Positions 26,836 to 37,037 of a stretch of 58,973 bases of DNA are shown one piece after another (the stretch's first letter is position 1; every line of letters starts with the position of its first letter). A program made the translations under genes and the position numbers. The DNA lies in NCBI GenBank assembly GCA_947589705.1, contig CANQCO010000001.1, positions 1 through 58,973 on the forward strand, in the 5' to 3' direction. The notes below the pieces were generated by a model, which was given only the letters and a program-made list of their open reading frames with translations, made no database searches and was not told the origin of the DNA. Origin of the DNA: Candidatus Gastranaerophilales bacterium. GTDB taxonomy: Bacteria > Cyanobacteriota > Vampirovibrionia > Gastranaerophilales > Gastranaerophilaceae.

Positions 26836-27772
26836 AACCCTTCTTAATCAGCTTGATTTTATCAATAAGTTTTTGTTTAAAGAAATCAGGTGAAATAATT
26901 TTAAAATCACTGCCAAATAGCAATAATCTTTGAACGAACCAAAACTCTTGATTAACATTAGCTTTAACAATAATATAATCATCGGTTTTTTCAAGAATTT
27001 CTTCATTGATTTCCTGTTTAAAATCAGCTAAAGCATTGCCTATTAATTTATAAATCACCTCATAAGAATCATAAAATTGAGAATTTTTAATAATACTGAC
27101 CGAATTAATTTTTAAAATTCTTTCAACATTAAGAATACTAAATTTTTGATATTTAAAAACGTAGCACCATAAATAAAGTTTACCATTCTCATAAACAACT
27201 CTTTGAGGAATAATATCAAGTATTTCTTTATCAAATTTAGGTGAAGAATAAAGAACTGAAACTTTTTTCCCGACTAAATTAGGATTAGATAATTGTTTAT
27301 ATAAACTTTTAAAATTTTCCATAGGCGCAGAATCATGAATTTTATCAATAAGAACTTGATTTTCCGTCAGTTTCATAATTTTATCTAAGAGATTGTTAAG
27401 TATATAAATATCTTCAATATTAATATCCTGACTATATCTGTTTCTTAAATTAATAATTAAATCAATAACCTCTTCCGTAGAATTAAGAGTAAATGGCATA
27501 TTTAAAAGTTCATATTTAAAATTATTTGAAGAACAGGGTCTTGAAATGTCGCAGCCTGCCATTCTTAGAGTTTTAATTGTCAGCCTTACCGTATCTTCAG
27601 AGAATGATTTAGCTGTGATTTTATTGGTTTCTAAAATATCGGTAAGTTCTTTAACGCTTCTTCCTCTTTCAAGAAGAAGCGCAAAAACCAATAGGATTCT
27701 ATATCCTGTAATACTAATCCATACTTTTTTATTCTCTTTTAAGTTATTATTTAAATTCTCAAGTAAATTCAT
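26822..27772 (-). CDS. HTH-WYL-type transcriptional regulator, copy 1
   Basis: wHTH (GYRILLVFALLLERGRSVKEL). WYL-like NGKLYLWCYVFKYQKFSILNVERILKI. C-terminal QRLLLFGSDFKIISP. Overlaps copy 2 by 14 nt. Confidence 0.55.
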   Translation of the reverse strand: MNLLENLNNNLKENKKVWISITGYRILLVFALLLERGRSVKELTDILETNKITAKSFSEDTVRLTIKTLRMAGCDISRPCSSNNFKYELLNMPFTLNSTEEVIDLIINLRNRYSQDINIEDIYILNNLLDKIMKLTENQVLIDKIHDSAPMENFKSLYKQLSNPNLVGKKVSVLYSSPKFDKEILDIIPQRVVYENGKLYLWCYVFKYQKFSILNVERILKINSVSIIKNSQFYDSYEVIYKLIGNALADFKQEINEEILEKTDDYIIVKANVNQEFWFVQRLLLFGSDFKIISPDFFKQKLIDKIKLIKKGYVND

Positions 27773-27886
27773 ACAGTATTATTTTATACAAATTTCTCAT
27801 AAAGTATAAATACTTTACAATTCATAAATCTATATATGAAGATGTAAAAGAGTCTGCTAATATAAATATAAAGATAGGTGGATAAA

Positions 27887-28342
27887 ATGGTAAAAGAGTG
27901 GTGTGAATATTTTCTTGAAATAGCAAAAACCTGCTCAACAAGGTCTAATTGCTTAAGAGCGCATGTAGGAGCCGTTATTGTAGGGGAAGATAAAAAAATA
28001 AAAGCAACCGGATACAATGGAACTCCTTCAAAGGTAATTTCCTGCTACGAAATAGGGAAATGTTACAGGATAGAAAATAATATTCCATCAGGCACTCAAT
28101 ATGAAACATGCAGAAGTATTCACGCAGAACAAAATGCAATTATTCAAGCGGGGCAAGACAGATGTAAAGATGCAACAATGTATATTTACGGTCATAATTT
28201 CATCTGCATTTTATGTAAAAGATTTATTGTTCAGTCAGGGATAAAAGAAGTTTTTTTGAGAAAAGATGATAATTCACCTATCGAGCATATATTAGTTGAA
28301 GATATAAGAAATGAATTATCAAAACAAGTTAATTTGAAATAA
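27887..28342 (+). CDS. dCMP deaminase (ComEB/cytidine-deoxycytidylate deaminase family)
   Basis: Zinc motifs HAEQNAI and C..C (CILCKRFIVQSGI). About 150 aa. ATG 27887 with AGGTGGA SD is preferred over GTG 27878. Confidence 0.75.
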   Translation: MVKEWCEYFLEIAKTCSTRSNCLRAHVGAVIVGEDKKIKATGYNGTPSKVISCYEIGKCYRIENNIPSGTQYETCRSIHAEQNAIIQAGQDRCKDATMYIYGHNFICILCKRFIVQSGIKEVFLRKDDNSPIEHILVEDIRNELSKQVNLK

Positions 28343-28344
28343 AT

Positions 28345-29034
28345 ATGGCTAAATTGATAGAATACAGCGTAAATACAGGCATGATAAATATGGCAACAGA
28401 TGCAGAACTTTTGTATAATGCCATTAAAAACAATGAAAAAGAACCGATTATACGTTTTTACGGCTGGAAACCAAGGTGTGTTTCTCTCGGAAGAAATCAA
28501 TCCGAAAGCTCTGTAAATAAGAAATATTGCGATGAAAATAATATTGATATTGTAAGGAGAATAACAGGCGGCAGAGGTTTATTACACGACTGTGAACTTA
28601 CTTATTCTTTTATATGTTCGGTAAATTTTTTAAAAAACGGAGAAAGCATAATACATTCATACAAAGAAATTTCTTCCGCTATTATTTTGGGGTTTAAAGA
28701 ATTGGGTTTAGAACTTAATATAGGACAAAAACAAAGAGGAAAAAATAATTTTGAATATTGTATGTCGCTATCAACAGGCGCTGACTTATGTTACGCAAGT
28801 AAAAAATTAATAGGTTCTGCTCAATACAGAAAACAAAACTATATACTTCAACACGGCTCGATTTTATTTGATTATAATCCTAATATCATTGAAAAAATTT
28901 TTAATGAGAAACCCTGTACAAATTCTGTAACTTGTTTAAAAGAAATTGATAAACAATTAAATTACAAAGATATAACAGAATGTATGAAAAAAGGATTCAG
29001 TATGTATTTTTCTATTGCTTTTGACCAAATTTAG
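28345..29034 (+). CDS. lipoate-protein ligase / octanoyltransferase (LplA/LipM, BPL-LPL catalytic domain)
   Basis: RRITGGRGLLHD and KKLIGSAQYR (catalytic Lys region) motifs. 229 aa, single catalytic domain. Confidence 0.7.
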   Translation: MAKLIEYSVNTGMINMATDAELLYNAIKNNEKEPIIRFYGWKPRCVSLGRNQSESSVNKKYCDENNIDIVRRITGGRGLLHDCELTYSFICSVNFLKNGESIIHSYKEISSAIILGFKELGLELNIGQKQRGKNNFEYCMSLSTGADLCYASKKLIGSAQYRKQNYILQHGSILFDYNPNIIEKIFNEKPCTNSVTCLKEIDKQLNYKDITECMKKGFSMYFSIAFDQI

Positions 29035-29422
29035 CACTGTAAAATTTATCAGTTCTGCTTATAAGTTTATGAATTCTCTTTTCATCTTCTTCTGTAGCTG
29101 CAGTAAGAAAATATCTTTCTTCGGTTTCTCTCGGATTAACATAGAAATTAACTTTTGTTAATTTAACTTTTTTTGAACCTTTTGTCAGTATATTCCTATA
29201 TAATTCATCAAGTCTTTTTGCAAAATTCATTGCCGCATTATGTACAGTGCCGTCTATATCCTCATTAAATGTAGCAGTATCAGTTAATTTATATGCTTTT
29301 AATTTCGGATTATTCCTAAAAGCAGTTTGTATGAGAACCGGCATTGGTGCTTTTGGTTTGCCGTCATTTAATGTAAATACCATTAAAGATTTAAATGAAA
29401 TGGGGTTTATATTCATAAACAT
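29012..29422 (-). CDS. hypothetical protein (136 aa)
   Basis: ORF only. Its 3' end overlaps the convergent lipoate-ligase-like gene by 23 nt. No motif recognised. Confidence 0.35.
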   Translation of the reverse strand: MFMNINPISFKSLMVFTLNDGKPKAPMPVLIQTAFRNNPKLKAYKLTDTATFNEDIDGTVHNAAMNFAKRLDELYRNILTKGSKKVKLTKVNFYVNPRETEERYFLTAATEEDEKRIHKLISRTDKFYSAKFGQKQ

Positions 29423-29522
29423 TCCTTTTTGTAGGGTTACATTGATATAAAACTCGAGAAAAAAAAATTTGCGCTTATAATTATGAAAAAGCTGTAAAAT
29501 CTGTTACAATATATAGGTAAAT

Positions 29523-30896
29523 ATGAAGAACAGAGGTCCAATAATGGCAGAAGAAAAAATTAAAAAGTATTCAATAAAATATCCATACTTGGAAAGACCT
29601 GTTGAAATATATGAAAGAGAAAACGGACATAAAATAGTTTTTGCATATAAACGTGGAAGCTTAATAAATATAAGCAGCTGGGTTAAAACAGGTTCAATAA
29701 ATGAGAATGATGAAAATAACGGCATATCTCATTTCCTTGAGCATTTGATGTTTAAAGGAACATCAAAACATAAAGCAGGAGAATTTGACAGAACACTTGA
29801 ATCCAGAGGAGCAATTGTTAATGCCGCTACTTGGAAAGATTACACTTTTTATTATGTAACTATTCCTAAAGGCATTGATAGTAAAAATTTTAATGACACG
29901 CTTAAATTGCATGCCGATATGATGCTTGATCCTATTATCCCACCTAATGAAATAGGCGAGCCTTTTGATTTAAACGATACAAAAATTACTACAAAACGAG
30001 AAAGACATGTTGTTATTGAAGAAATAAGAATGCGTAAAGACCAGCCTTGGACTAAAGTTTATAATCAATGCAATAACGATTTATATACTTCTCACCCTTA
30101 TAAAAGAGACGTTATTGGTAACGAGCAAATAATTTCAACAATAAAAAGAGAAACAATTCTTGATTATTATAAAAAATTCTATACACCAAATAATATAACA
30201 ACAATAATAGTCGGAGATTTAAAAGCAGAAGAAATTATTCCTAAAATAACAAAAGAATTTAATTTTAAAGGAAGAAAAAACACAATAATAAAAGAAAATA
30301 AACCCGATAAACAAATAAAAGGCGGTAAATATTCAGAAGTATATTCGGATATAAATACCGGATTTCTTATGTTTGGATATTTAGGTTCTAAAGCTGGTGA
30401 TATAAAAACTTCGACAATATTGGAAATGATATGTTTAATACTGGGACAGGGGCAAAGTTCAAGACTGTATCAGGAATTAATTGAAAAATCAAAAAAAACA
30501 ATATTTAATATAGTCTCTACCGATTATTATCATTTTAGAGATGGCGGAAACTTATTTGTACAAGCGAATTTTATTCCCGATGAAAAAGACAATGCTATTA
30601 AATTAATAAAAAATCAAATAGAAAAACTATATAATCAAGGTATAGATGAAAAAGAGTTGAATAAAGCCAAGAAAAAGTTAAAATCAGCTTTCGCAGAAAA
30701 CTCTGAAACCGTATCTGATATAGCTGAAACAATAGGCTTTTATATGACTGTTTGCGATAAACTTGATTGTGTTGAAGAATATATAAATATTATAGATAAA
30801 ATAACAGTTAAAGACTTAGAAGACACTGCTAAAAAGTTTTTAAATACACAAAATGCCGTAATATCGGTATTAATGCCTCAAAAGTATAAAAAATAA
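29523..30896 (+). CDS. M16-family zinc peptidase (pitrilysin/insulinase-like), active subunit
   Basis: Inverted zinc motif HFLEHLMFKGT (HxxEH). About 450 aa. Start could be ATG 29544. Confidence 0.8.
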   Translation: MKNRGPIMAEEKIKKYSIKYPYLERPVEIYERENGHKIVFAYKRGSLINISSWVKTGSINENDENNGISHFLEHLMFKGTSKHKAGEFDRTLESRGAIVNAATWKDYTFYYVTIPKGIDSKNFNDTLKLHADMMLDPIIPPNEIGEPFDLNDTKITTKRERHVVIEEIRMRKDQPWTKVYNQCNNDLYTSHPYKRDVIGNEQIISTIKRETILDYYKKFYTPNNITTIIVGDLKAEEIIPKITKEFNFKGRKNTIIKENKPDKQIKGGKYSEVYSDINTGFLMFGYLGSKAGDIKTSTILEMICLILGQGQSSRLYQELIEKSKKTIFNIVSTDYYHFRDGGNLFVQANFIPDEKDNAIKLIKNQIEKLYNQGIDEKELNKAKKKLKSAFAENSETVSDIAETIGFYMTVCDKLDCVEEYINIIDKITVKDLEDTAKKFLNTQNAVISVLMPQKYKK

Positions 30897-30907
30897 CAGG
30901 TGAAATT

Positions 30908-32149
30908 ATGAAAAAAATAATATTAAATAACGGGATTGAAGCAATAATAAAAAAGAATAAAAATACACCGAGAACCGCAGTAGTAATTTATGTGAAATTA
31001 AATAGAGATGAGGAAAAATATGGTTTATACCATTTGGTAACTCAACTGTTATTGCAGGGGACTAAAAACAGAACATCAGAAGACCTTGCTGCCGAATTGG
31101 ATGAAAATGCAATTGATTTTTGTTTTGAAAAAAAATCAGACTATCTTCGTTTCAAACTGCAATTTTTAAACGAAGATTTAAATAAAGCCTTTGAACTTTT
31201 TCAAGATGTAATTGAAAATTCTACTTTTAGCGATTATAAAAAAGAAATTCAAAAAATAAAAGGAGAGTTAATTGCGGATTTAGATTCTGCTAAAATACTG
31301 GCTCAAGACGAATATTACAGAACTATTTTTAAAAATCATCCCTACTCTATAGGCAGACAAGAAATTATAAATGAAATTGAGTCCATAACAAAAAAAGACA
31401 TAATAAATACTTATAAAGAAATAAAAGATGTGCTTAAGAAAAATATAGCAATAATTGGTGATTTGGATGAAAATAAAGTAAAACCTGTTTTGGAAAAATA
31501 TTTAAAAAATCTAAGCTGTAAGGAAAATAAAGAAGAAAGACAAAAAGTAAAAAAAATAACTAAAGATAGAATATCAACAGTAATAAAGGAAGATGCAAAT
31601 CAGGCACAAATATTTTTAGGCTGGCAGGTTCCTACTATAAAAACTAAAGAATATCCTATAATAATTCTGTTAAATACAATTTTAGGCGCCTCAGGCTTAT
31701 CTTCGAGATTATTTCTTGAATTAAGAGAAAAAAAAGGACTTGCATATACGGTAAGAAGTGTATATGAGCCATATTTATTATGCGGAAACTTCTTTGTTTA
31801 TATCGCAACCGAGCCTAAAAACATTAAGATTTCTATAGACGGATTTAAAGAAGAAATAGAAAAAATAATGACAGAACCAATATCTGAAGAAGAATTACAT
31901 AATGCAAAAAATAATGCTATTGGAAAACGTCAGTTTTATCAGGAAACAAATATGCTTGAAGCTGCATTAAAAGGAAATTATGAATATTTAGGACTCGGAT
32001 ATGATTATGAAGAAAAACTAAATAAATTAATAAGTAAAGTAACAAAAGAAGAGATACAAGATACGGCAAAAAAATATTTTTCAAAACCAAATACTTTATG
32101 TGTATTGGCACCAAAAAAATATTTAAAAGATGCAGGATTAGTAAAATAA
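30908..32149 (+). CDS. M16-family peptidase-like protein, non-catalytic partner (no HxxEH)
   Basis: Same fold-length and position as M16 beta partners. YHLVTQLLLQGT replaces HxxEH. Conserved LSSRLF.ELREK.GLAY block. Confidence 0.7.
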   Translation: MKKIILNNGIEAIIKKNKNTPRTAVVIYVKLNRDEEKYGLYHLVTQLLLQGTKNRTSEDLAAELDENAIDFCFEKKSDYLRFKLQFLNEDLNKAFELFQDVIENSTFSDYKKEIQKIKGELIADLDSAKILAQDEYYRTIFKNHPYSIGRQEIINEIESITKKDIINTYKEIKDVLKKNIAIIGDLDENKVKPVLEKYLKNLSCKENKEERQKVKKITKDRISTVIKEDANQAQIFLGWQVPTIKTKEYPIIILLNTILGASGLSSRLFLELREKKGLAYTVRSVYEPYLLCGNFFVYIATEPKNIKISIDGFKEEIEKIMTEPISEEELHNAKNNAIGKRQFYQETNMLEAALKGNYEYLGLGYDYEEKLNKLISKVTKEEIQDTAKKYFSKPNTLCVLAPKKYLKDAGLVK

Positions 32150-32180
32150 TACTTATTATGGTAAAATCGTCAATAAAGAT

Positions 32181-33779
32181 ATGAATGACATCAATTTTGA
32201 TAATAAAAGAATAAAAAAAGAAATAGATAAATTCCAAAAAACAGGAAACATTCAAAAAGCAATTGAAGCCTGTAAAGGTGCTTTATCTAAAGATGAGAAC
32301 AATGCCGAGCTTCATGTTAAACTCGGTGATTTATATATGGAATGGCACCTTGATATTCATCAGATAAAACAGTATGCGGATGAAGCTATTACTGAATATC
32401 AAAGAGCATTAGAATCTTGTGTTAATTCTGCTGAAATATATTATAAAATAGCAATGGCTTTTTATTATAAACGAGAACTTGATAAGTCTGTAAATTATTT
32501 TAAGCTTGCACTTGAACACAATCCTAAAATGTCAAATGCTCATTATATGATAGCTGAAATATTTATGAGAAAAGGTGATTTCATAGAAGCAGTTGAAGCC
32601 GCAGAGCGTGCAATTCTTATAGCTCCGTTTTCTTCCTCTAGAGCTAATTTCTTAATTTATTGTATTCAATCTTTATCAAATAAAACAAAATGGTATAAAA
32701 AATTTTCAAAACTTATTTTGTCAATTTTAACACTTCCTTTTGATAAATATGCAATTAAAGAAGTAATAAAAAGATTATCATATTTTCAATTTCTGCCTGT
32801 ATTAATAAAAACATCAATATTGATATTTATGCACGGATTTAATCAGCAGCTTTTAGATTTATATAGAGAAACCATAGAAAAAGCACCGGGTTTTGCTGAG
32901 TTATACATAAATTTAGGCAGAATATACTATGAGTTAAAAAGATATGAAGATGCAATTTGTGAATATAAAATGGCTATATGGCTCGATAGTCTTAATATAA
33001 GAGCGTATTATTATTTATGCTGTTTGTATGAAGAAATAAGAGATTTTGAAAATGCAATAGATATATGCAGAAAAATGATAGAATTACAGCCCCATTCCGC
33101 TGAAATTCACTGCAGATTGGCACAGTATTTATACTTATGTGGAGATATTGATGAAGCAATTGAGCATTATCAAACGGCTGTTACCTTAAATCCAAACCCA
33201 AAATGGACAAGCATTGTAGCTCAAACTTTAGGTTTTATATTTCAAGAAAATACAAAAGATTTGGATGCGGCTATATCATCTTATCAAAATGCTTACAATT
33301 TAAATTCAACTGACATAGACATATATTTAAATTTAGGAAATGTTTTTTTTGAAAAAGGTTCTTATGATAATGCTTTAATAGTATATCAAAAAGCATTGGA
33401 AACATCCCCTCATAATGCCAGACTCCATTGTAATTTGGGATATTTATATTGGGGTAAAGGTAATACCGATGAAGCAATTAAAGAATACGAAAAAGCTATA
33501 AAATATGATAATACCTATGATATAGCTTATAATAACTTGGGAGTTATATACTTAGATGATTTAGGTAAAGTGCAAAAAGCTATAGAATTATTTGAAGAAG
33601 CAAGAAAATATAACCCTAACTATGCGCTTGCATATTACAACTTAGCCCGTTCAATTGCTATAACCGGAGATAAAGTTGAAGCTGCTAAATTATATCAGAT
33701 TGCTTTAGATATTAATAAATATACTATGGAACTTGACCCTAATGATATAGAAGAAAAAATACAGGATTTATTTACTTAA
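32181..33779 (+). CDS. TPR-repeat protein with central hydrophobic segments
   Basis: Multiple 34-aa TPR units (..A...Y..AL..(D/N)P....A...LG..Y..) in both halves. Hydrophobic stretch around aa 175-215. Confidence 0.7.
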   Translation: MNDINFDNKRIKKEIDKFQKTGNIQKAIEACKGALSKDENNAELHVKLGDLYMEWHLDIHQIKQYADEAITEYQRALESCVNSAEIYYKIAMAFYYKRELDKSVNYFKLALEHNPKMSNAHYMIAEIFMRKGDFIEAVEAAERAILIAPFSSSRANFLIYCIQSLSNKTKWYKKFSKLILSILTLPFDKYAIKEVIKRLSYFQFLPVLIKTSILIFMHGFNQQLLDLYRETIEKAPGFAELYINLGRIYYELKRYEDAICEYKMAIWLDSLNIRAYYYLCCLYEEIRDFENAIDICRKMIELQPHSAEIHCRLAQYLYLCGDIDEAIEHYQTAVTLNPNPKWTSIVAQTLGFIFQENTKDLDAAISSYQNAYNLNSTDIDIYLNLGNVFFEKGSYDNALIVYQKALETSPHNARLHCNLGYLYWGKGNTDEAIKEYEKAIKYDNTYDIAYNNLGVIYLDDLGKVQKAIELFEEARKYNPNYALAYYNLARSIAITGDKVEAAKLYQIALDINKYTMELDPNDIEEKIQDLFT

Positions 33780-33791
33780 AGGAACTAAAAA

Positions 33792-34202
33792 TTGGAATAT
33801 ATTCAAAATATAAGAATATTATACAGCGATACGGATTCATACGGTGTGGTCTGGCATGGAGCTTATACAAAGTGGTTTGAAGCGGCAAGAGTTGAATTGG
33901 TTGAAAAGCTCGGATTGAAACTTGATATGCTTGAAAAAAATAATATAATTTTCCCTGTTGTTGAATTAAACATAAGATACAAGTCTTCTGCTAAAATGAA
34001 TGAAAGAATTGAAATAAAAACTCATATTAAAGAAGTAAAACCTGTCAGTATAACATTTGAACATAATGTTTATGAAAAACAGACGGGAATATTAAGGGTA
34101 AATGCCCAAAGTACTATAGTTACCGTAAATTCAGAAACAGGAAAATTATATAGAAAAATCCCCGATGATATATATAATAAATTTTTATTGGGAATAAGCT
34201 AA
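33792..34202 (+). CDS. acyl-CoA thioesterase, YbgC/4HBT hotdog family
   Basis: YSDTDSYGVVWHGAYTKWFEAARVE matches the YbgC catalytic-Asp region. 136 aa. TTG start with AAAGGAA SD. Confidence 0.75.
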   Translation: MEYIQNIRILYSDTDSYGVVWHGAYTKWFEAARVELVEKLGLKLDMLEKNNIIFPVVELNIRYKSSAKMNERIEIKTHIKEVKPVSITFEHNVYEKQTGILRVNAQSTIVTVNSETGKLYRKIPDDIYNKFLLGIS

Positions 34203-34294
34203 GTGTATATTGAACTTTAGATTAATAAATTTAAATCTATAGACTATATTATCCCGCAACAATATTCTTTAGAATTAAAAAAGAAGGGGGATAT

Positions 34295-35050
34295 ATGGCA
34301 GGAAGTACAATTAAAAAAACTGTAAAAAAAATGCAGTTGGATTCTTTGGCAGAAAAGTATTTTAATTTGGCTGAAAAATTAAGAAAAAATAATAAATATA
34401 AAGAATCTGTTGAAAAATATCTCAATTCAATTTTAATTGAAAGAAATAATGTTAAATCATATATAGGGCTTGCCGGTTCATATAAAAATTTAAAAGAATA
34501 TGATAAAGCAATTAATAATTTAGAAAAAGCGGAAAAAATAGATTCCGATAATGCAGAAATACAAAAAGAAATTGCTCTATGCTTTATAATCAAAGGAGAT
34601 TTTGAAAGCGGATTAAAACATTTAATGAAAGCTATAAAATTAGAACCTGATAATCCGGATATACAAATGCAGCTTGCTCTCGTGCATGAAATGATTGAAG
34701 AAGAGGATATGGCTCTTATGGTATATCAAAAAATAATTGAAACATATCCTGACTATATTAGAGCATATATTCAAAAAGCAACATTATATATGCACATGGA
34801 TGACTATTTAAACTCGGCATTATTATTTAAAAAAATAATAAAAAAACAACCCGATTATTATAGAGCATATCTTGCCTTGGGAATTTGCTGCGAAAAGCTG
34901 GCAAATAGTAATGCTGCAAAAAGATATTATAAAAAATATCTTAAACAAAATCCTCCTTCCGTTGACTATTTCGATATAAAATACAGAATAAACGAATTAA
35001 AGTCAAAAAAACTTAGAAATAATAATAAATTAAAGATTGTAAAAAATTGA
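34295..35050 (+). CDS. TPR-repeat protein
   Basis: About five tandem TPR units (e.g. KAINNLEKAEKIDSDNAEI, MKAIKLEPDNPDI, YQKIIETYPDYIRAY). Confidence 0.7.
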   Translation: MAGSTIKKTVKKMQLDSLAEKYFNLAEKLRKNNKYKESVEKYLNSILIERNNVKSYIGLAGSYKNLKEYDKAINNLEKAEKIDSDNAEIQKEIALCFIIKGDFESGLKHLMKAIKLEPDNPDIQMQLALVHEMIEEEDMALMVYQKIIETYPDYIRAYIQKATLYMHMDDYLNSALLFKKIIKKQPDYYRAYLALGICCEKLANSNAAKRYYKKYLKQNPPSVDYFDIKYRINELKSKKLRNNNKLKIVKN

Positions 35051-35095
35051 TAATTACAAAGCTTTCTGATAAACTTTAATTTTGGAAAGAATAAT

Positions 35096-36040
35096 ATGGA
35101 CAAACTGGATATAATAACAATAGGTGAAAGTCTGATAGAGTTATCAACATCTGATTCGATAGCACAAACGGATAAACTGGACAAATATTATGGCGGAGAT
35201 AATTTAACAACAGCCATTACGGCACTTAGACTGGGTTCAAAAGTAGGTTTTATATCAAGAATAGGAATGGACTGCTTTAAAAATTATTTACTTGAAAGCT
35301 GGCAGGAAGAAGGACTTGATATTTCACATGTAAAACCGGTAAATGGTTCAAACGGATTATATATACTATCAAGAGAACAAAACGGTGAAAACAAAGAATT
35401 TTCTTTCTACAGAAAAAAAACCGCTGCTACAAATCTTTCCATTGATGATATTTCAACAGAATACATTCAAAAAACTTCCTTGCTTTATTCAACAGGAATA
35501 ACCCAATCACTTTCACTATCAGCAAGAGAAGCTGTAAAACAGGCTTTTAAAATTGCAAAAGAAAATAATATATTAACTGCCTACGATCCTAATTATAATT
35601 CTAAAATTTGGTCGGAAGATGAAGCAAAAGAGGCTTTTTATGAAATTGCCGAATTTATTGATATATTATTTATAAATATAAAACATGATTCTAAAATAAT
35701 AACTGATTCATCATCTATAGATAACATAATAAAATATTTATGGGATAAAGGTATTTCAACTGTTATAATTAAATCATCTACTGAAAAAGGTTATTATACC
35801 GGATATCAAGGTAAGATTGAATTTACAAAATTTATTAATGAAAATGTAATTGATAATACAGGTGCAGGAGATGCCTTTAACGGTGGTGTAATTCACGCTC
35901 TAGTTTCCGGCATGTCTCCTTTTAGAGCAGTTAATTTGGGTGCTATTGTTGCAGGATTACAAATAAAAGGAATCGGGGCTATAAAATCTATACCTGATAA
36001 AGATGAAGTTTATAAAATTTTTAAAGGTCAAAATGACTAA
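35096..36040 (+). CDS. PfkB-family carbohydrate kinase (KdgK-like)
   Basis: GG...N.A.A..RLG..V.F.S..G N-terminal motif and the C-terminal DNTGAGDAFNGG anion-hole motif. Confidence 0.75.
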   Translation: MDKLDIITIGESLIELSTSDSIAQTDKLDKYYGGDNLTTAITALRLGSKVGFISRIGMDCFKNYLLESWQEEGLDISHVKPVNGSNGLYILSREQNGENKEFSFYRKKTAATNLSIDDISTEYIQKTSLLYSTGITQSLSLSAREAVKQAFKIAKENNILTAYDPNYNSKIWSEDEAKEAFYEIAEFIDILFINIKHDSKIITDSSSIDNIIKYLWDKGISTVIIKSSTEKGYYTGYQGKIEFTKFINENVIDNTGAGDAFNGGVIHALVSGMSPFRAVNLGAIVAGLQIKGIGAIKSIPDKDEVYKIFKGQND

Positions 36041-37037
36041 AAAAATTTGTATATCAGGCTATTATGGATTTAATAACTTTGGGGATGAAACTATCCTTAA
36101 AATATTAACCGAAAATTTAAGTCAATATGAAATAACAGTTTTTTCATCTAATCCAAATCAAACTAAAAATAATTTAAAAGTTAATAGTGTATATACATTT
36201 GATATATTAAAAGTAATAGGAGCATTAAAAAAATGTGATTGCTTAATCTCAGGTGGAGGAAGCCTGCTTCAGGATTCATCAAGTAAGAAAAGTTTAATTT
36301 ACTATCTTTTTGTCATAGCTTCTGCTCTGTTTTTTAAAAAAAAGGTTATAATTTTTGCTCAGGGTATAGGTCCTATTAAAAATAAATTTCTTTTAAAAAT
36401 AACTCTTGAATTATTAAAACACGCAAAATATATAACAGTCAGAGATAAAAACAGTAAAACACTTTTGGACAATTATCAAATCAATTCAATTTTATGTTCA
36501 GACCCTGTTTGGAATTTAGAAAAAATAAATACCGAAAAAAATAATATTATTGGAATTCAGTTAAGGAATCACCCGAATTTAAGTGATAATTTTATTGAAT
36601 ATTTAGCTAATAATATAAATCAATATTATCAAAATAAAAAAATACACATACTTGCTATGCAAAACTGTCAGGATTTAAACGTATGTAATAAATTAAGGGA
36701 TAAACTGTTAAATATAAATCCTAATCTTAAAATAACGGTAAAAGAACATAAAACAACAGAAGAAACCATAAAAAATATAGCAGGTTTAAATGAATTAATA
36801 GCAATGAGATATCATGCCTGTCTTATAGCAATAAAAAATGAAGTAAAAATTCTGCCTATAAATTATGATATAAAAGTTGAAGAGCTTGCAAAAGAATTTA
36901 AATTAAAATATATGAATTTGCGGGAAAATGAAAATAAAATTGCAGATTTTATAAGAACAGATATTAAATATGATAAAAATAAAATAAATCAAAAAAAATA
37001 TAATTTTGAAGAATTAATAAAAGAAATAAATTTATAG
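36033..37037 (+). CDS. polysaccharide pyruvyl transferase (CsaB-like)
   Basis: N-terminal ICISGYYGFNNFGDETIL and GGGSLLQD blocks typical of CsaB. Start placed at ATG 36033 (overlaps the kinase stop by 8 nt) rather than 36003. Confidence 0.6.
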   Translation: MTKKICISGYYGFNNFGDETILKILTENLSQYEITVFSSNPNQTKNNLKVNSVYTFDILKVIGALKKCDCLISGGGSLLQDSSSKKSLIYYLFVIASALFFKKKVIIFAQGIGPIKNKFLLKITLELLKHAKYITVRDKNSKTLLDNYQINSILCSDPVWNLEKINTEKNNIIGIQLRNHPNLSDNFIEYLANNINQYYQNKKIHILAMQNCQDLNVCNKLRDKLLNINPNLKITVKEHKTTEETIKNIAGLNELIAMRYHACLIAIKNEVKILPINYDIKVEELAKEFKLKYMNLRENENKIADFIRTDIKYDKNKINQKKYNFEELIKEINL

